The position numbers were made by a program, and so were the translations under genes. This document shows, piece after piece, positions 63,999 through 64,000 of a DNA stretch of 64,000 bases. The notes under the pieces were generated by a model, which saw only the letters and a list, made by a program, of their open reading frames with translations, searched no databases and had not been told where the DNA came from. How positions within the stretch are numbered: the first letter of the stretch is position 1; each line of letters starts with the position of its first letter. The stretch lies in contig OY762007.1 in assembly GCA_963665115.1 (NCBI GenBank), positions 5,120,001-5,184,000 of the forward strand, written 5' to 3'. Source of the stretch: an uncultured Rivularia sp. (GTDB lineage: Bacteria; Cyanobacteriota; Cyanobacteriia; Cyanobacteriales; Nostocaceae).

Positions 63999-64000
63999 TT

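Overview
AT-rich chromosomal segment of a heterocyst-forming cyanobacterium (Nostocales, possibly Rivularia/Calothrix-like). The assignment rests on devH, abundant HIP1 (GCGATCGC) sites and heptameric STRR arrays. Most of the window is core genome: hrcA, recF, polA, a Ca-type P-ATPase, the devH-[kinase/PstS-like]-rbcR(pacR)-Z-ISO-trxC-ndhF1-ndhD1 block, and psb27. It also carries a Fur-boxed oxidase/permease iron cluster (2-domain multicopper oxidase, lipoprotein, FTR1, two ferritin-like proteins), a NikMN-QO ECF transporter with an InrS-type operator, a porin followed by a (PTTP)n secreted protein, an orphan Cas4-like nuclease with a leader hairpin, and a Yfr2 sRNA. A small decayed accessory patch lies at 57.5-60.4 kb. 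Intergenic DNA is full of MITEs, REP-like hairpins and nested mini-elements; several show clear TIRs and target-site duplications, and one disrupts a gene. Seven genes, including polA and recF, are split by a single extra base in a homopolymer, most likely assembly errors. No CRISPR array, tRNA, rRNA or intact transposase was seen. No database searches were run; product calls come from motif recognition.
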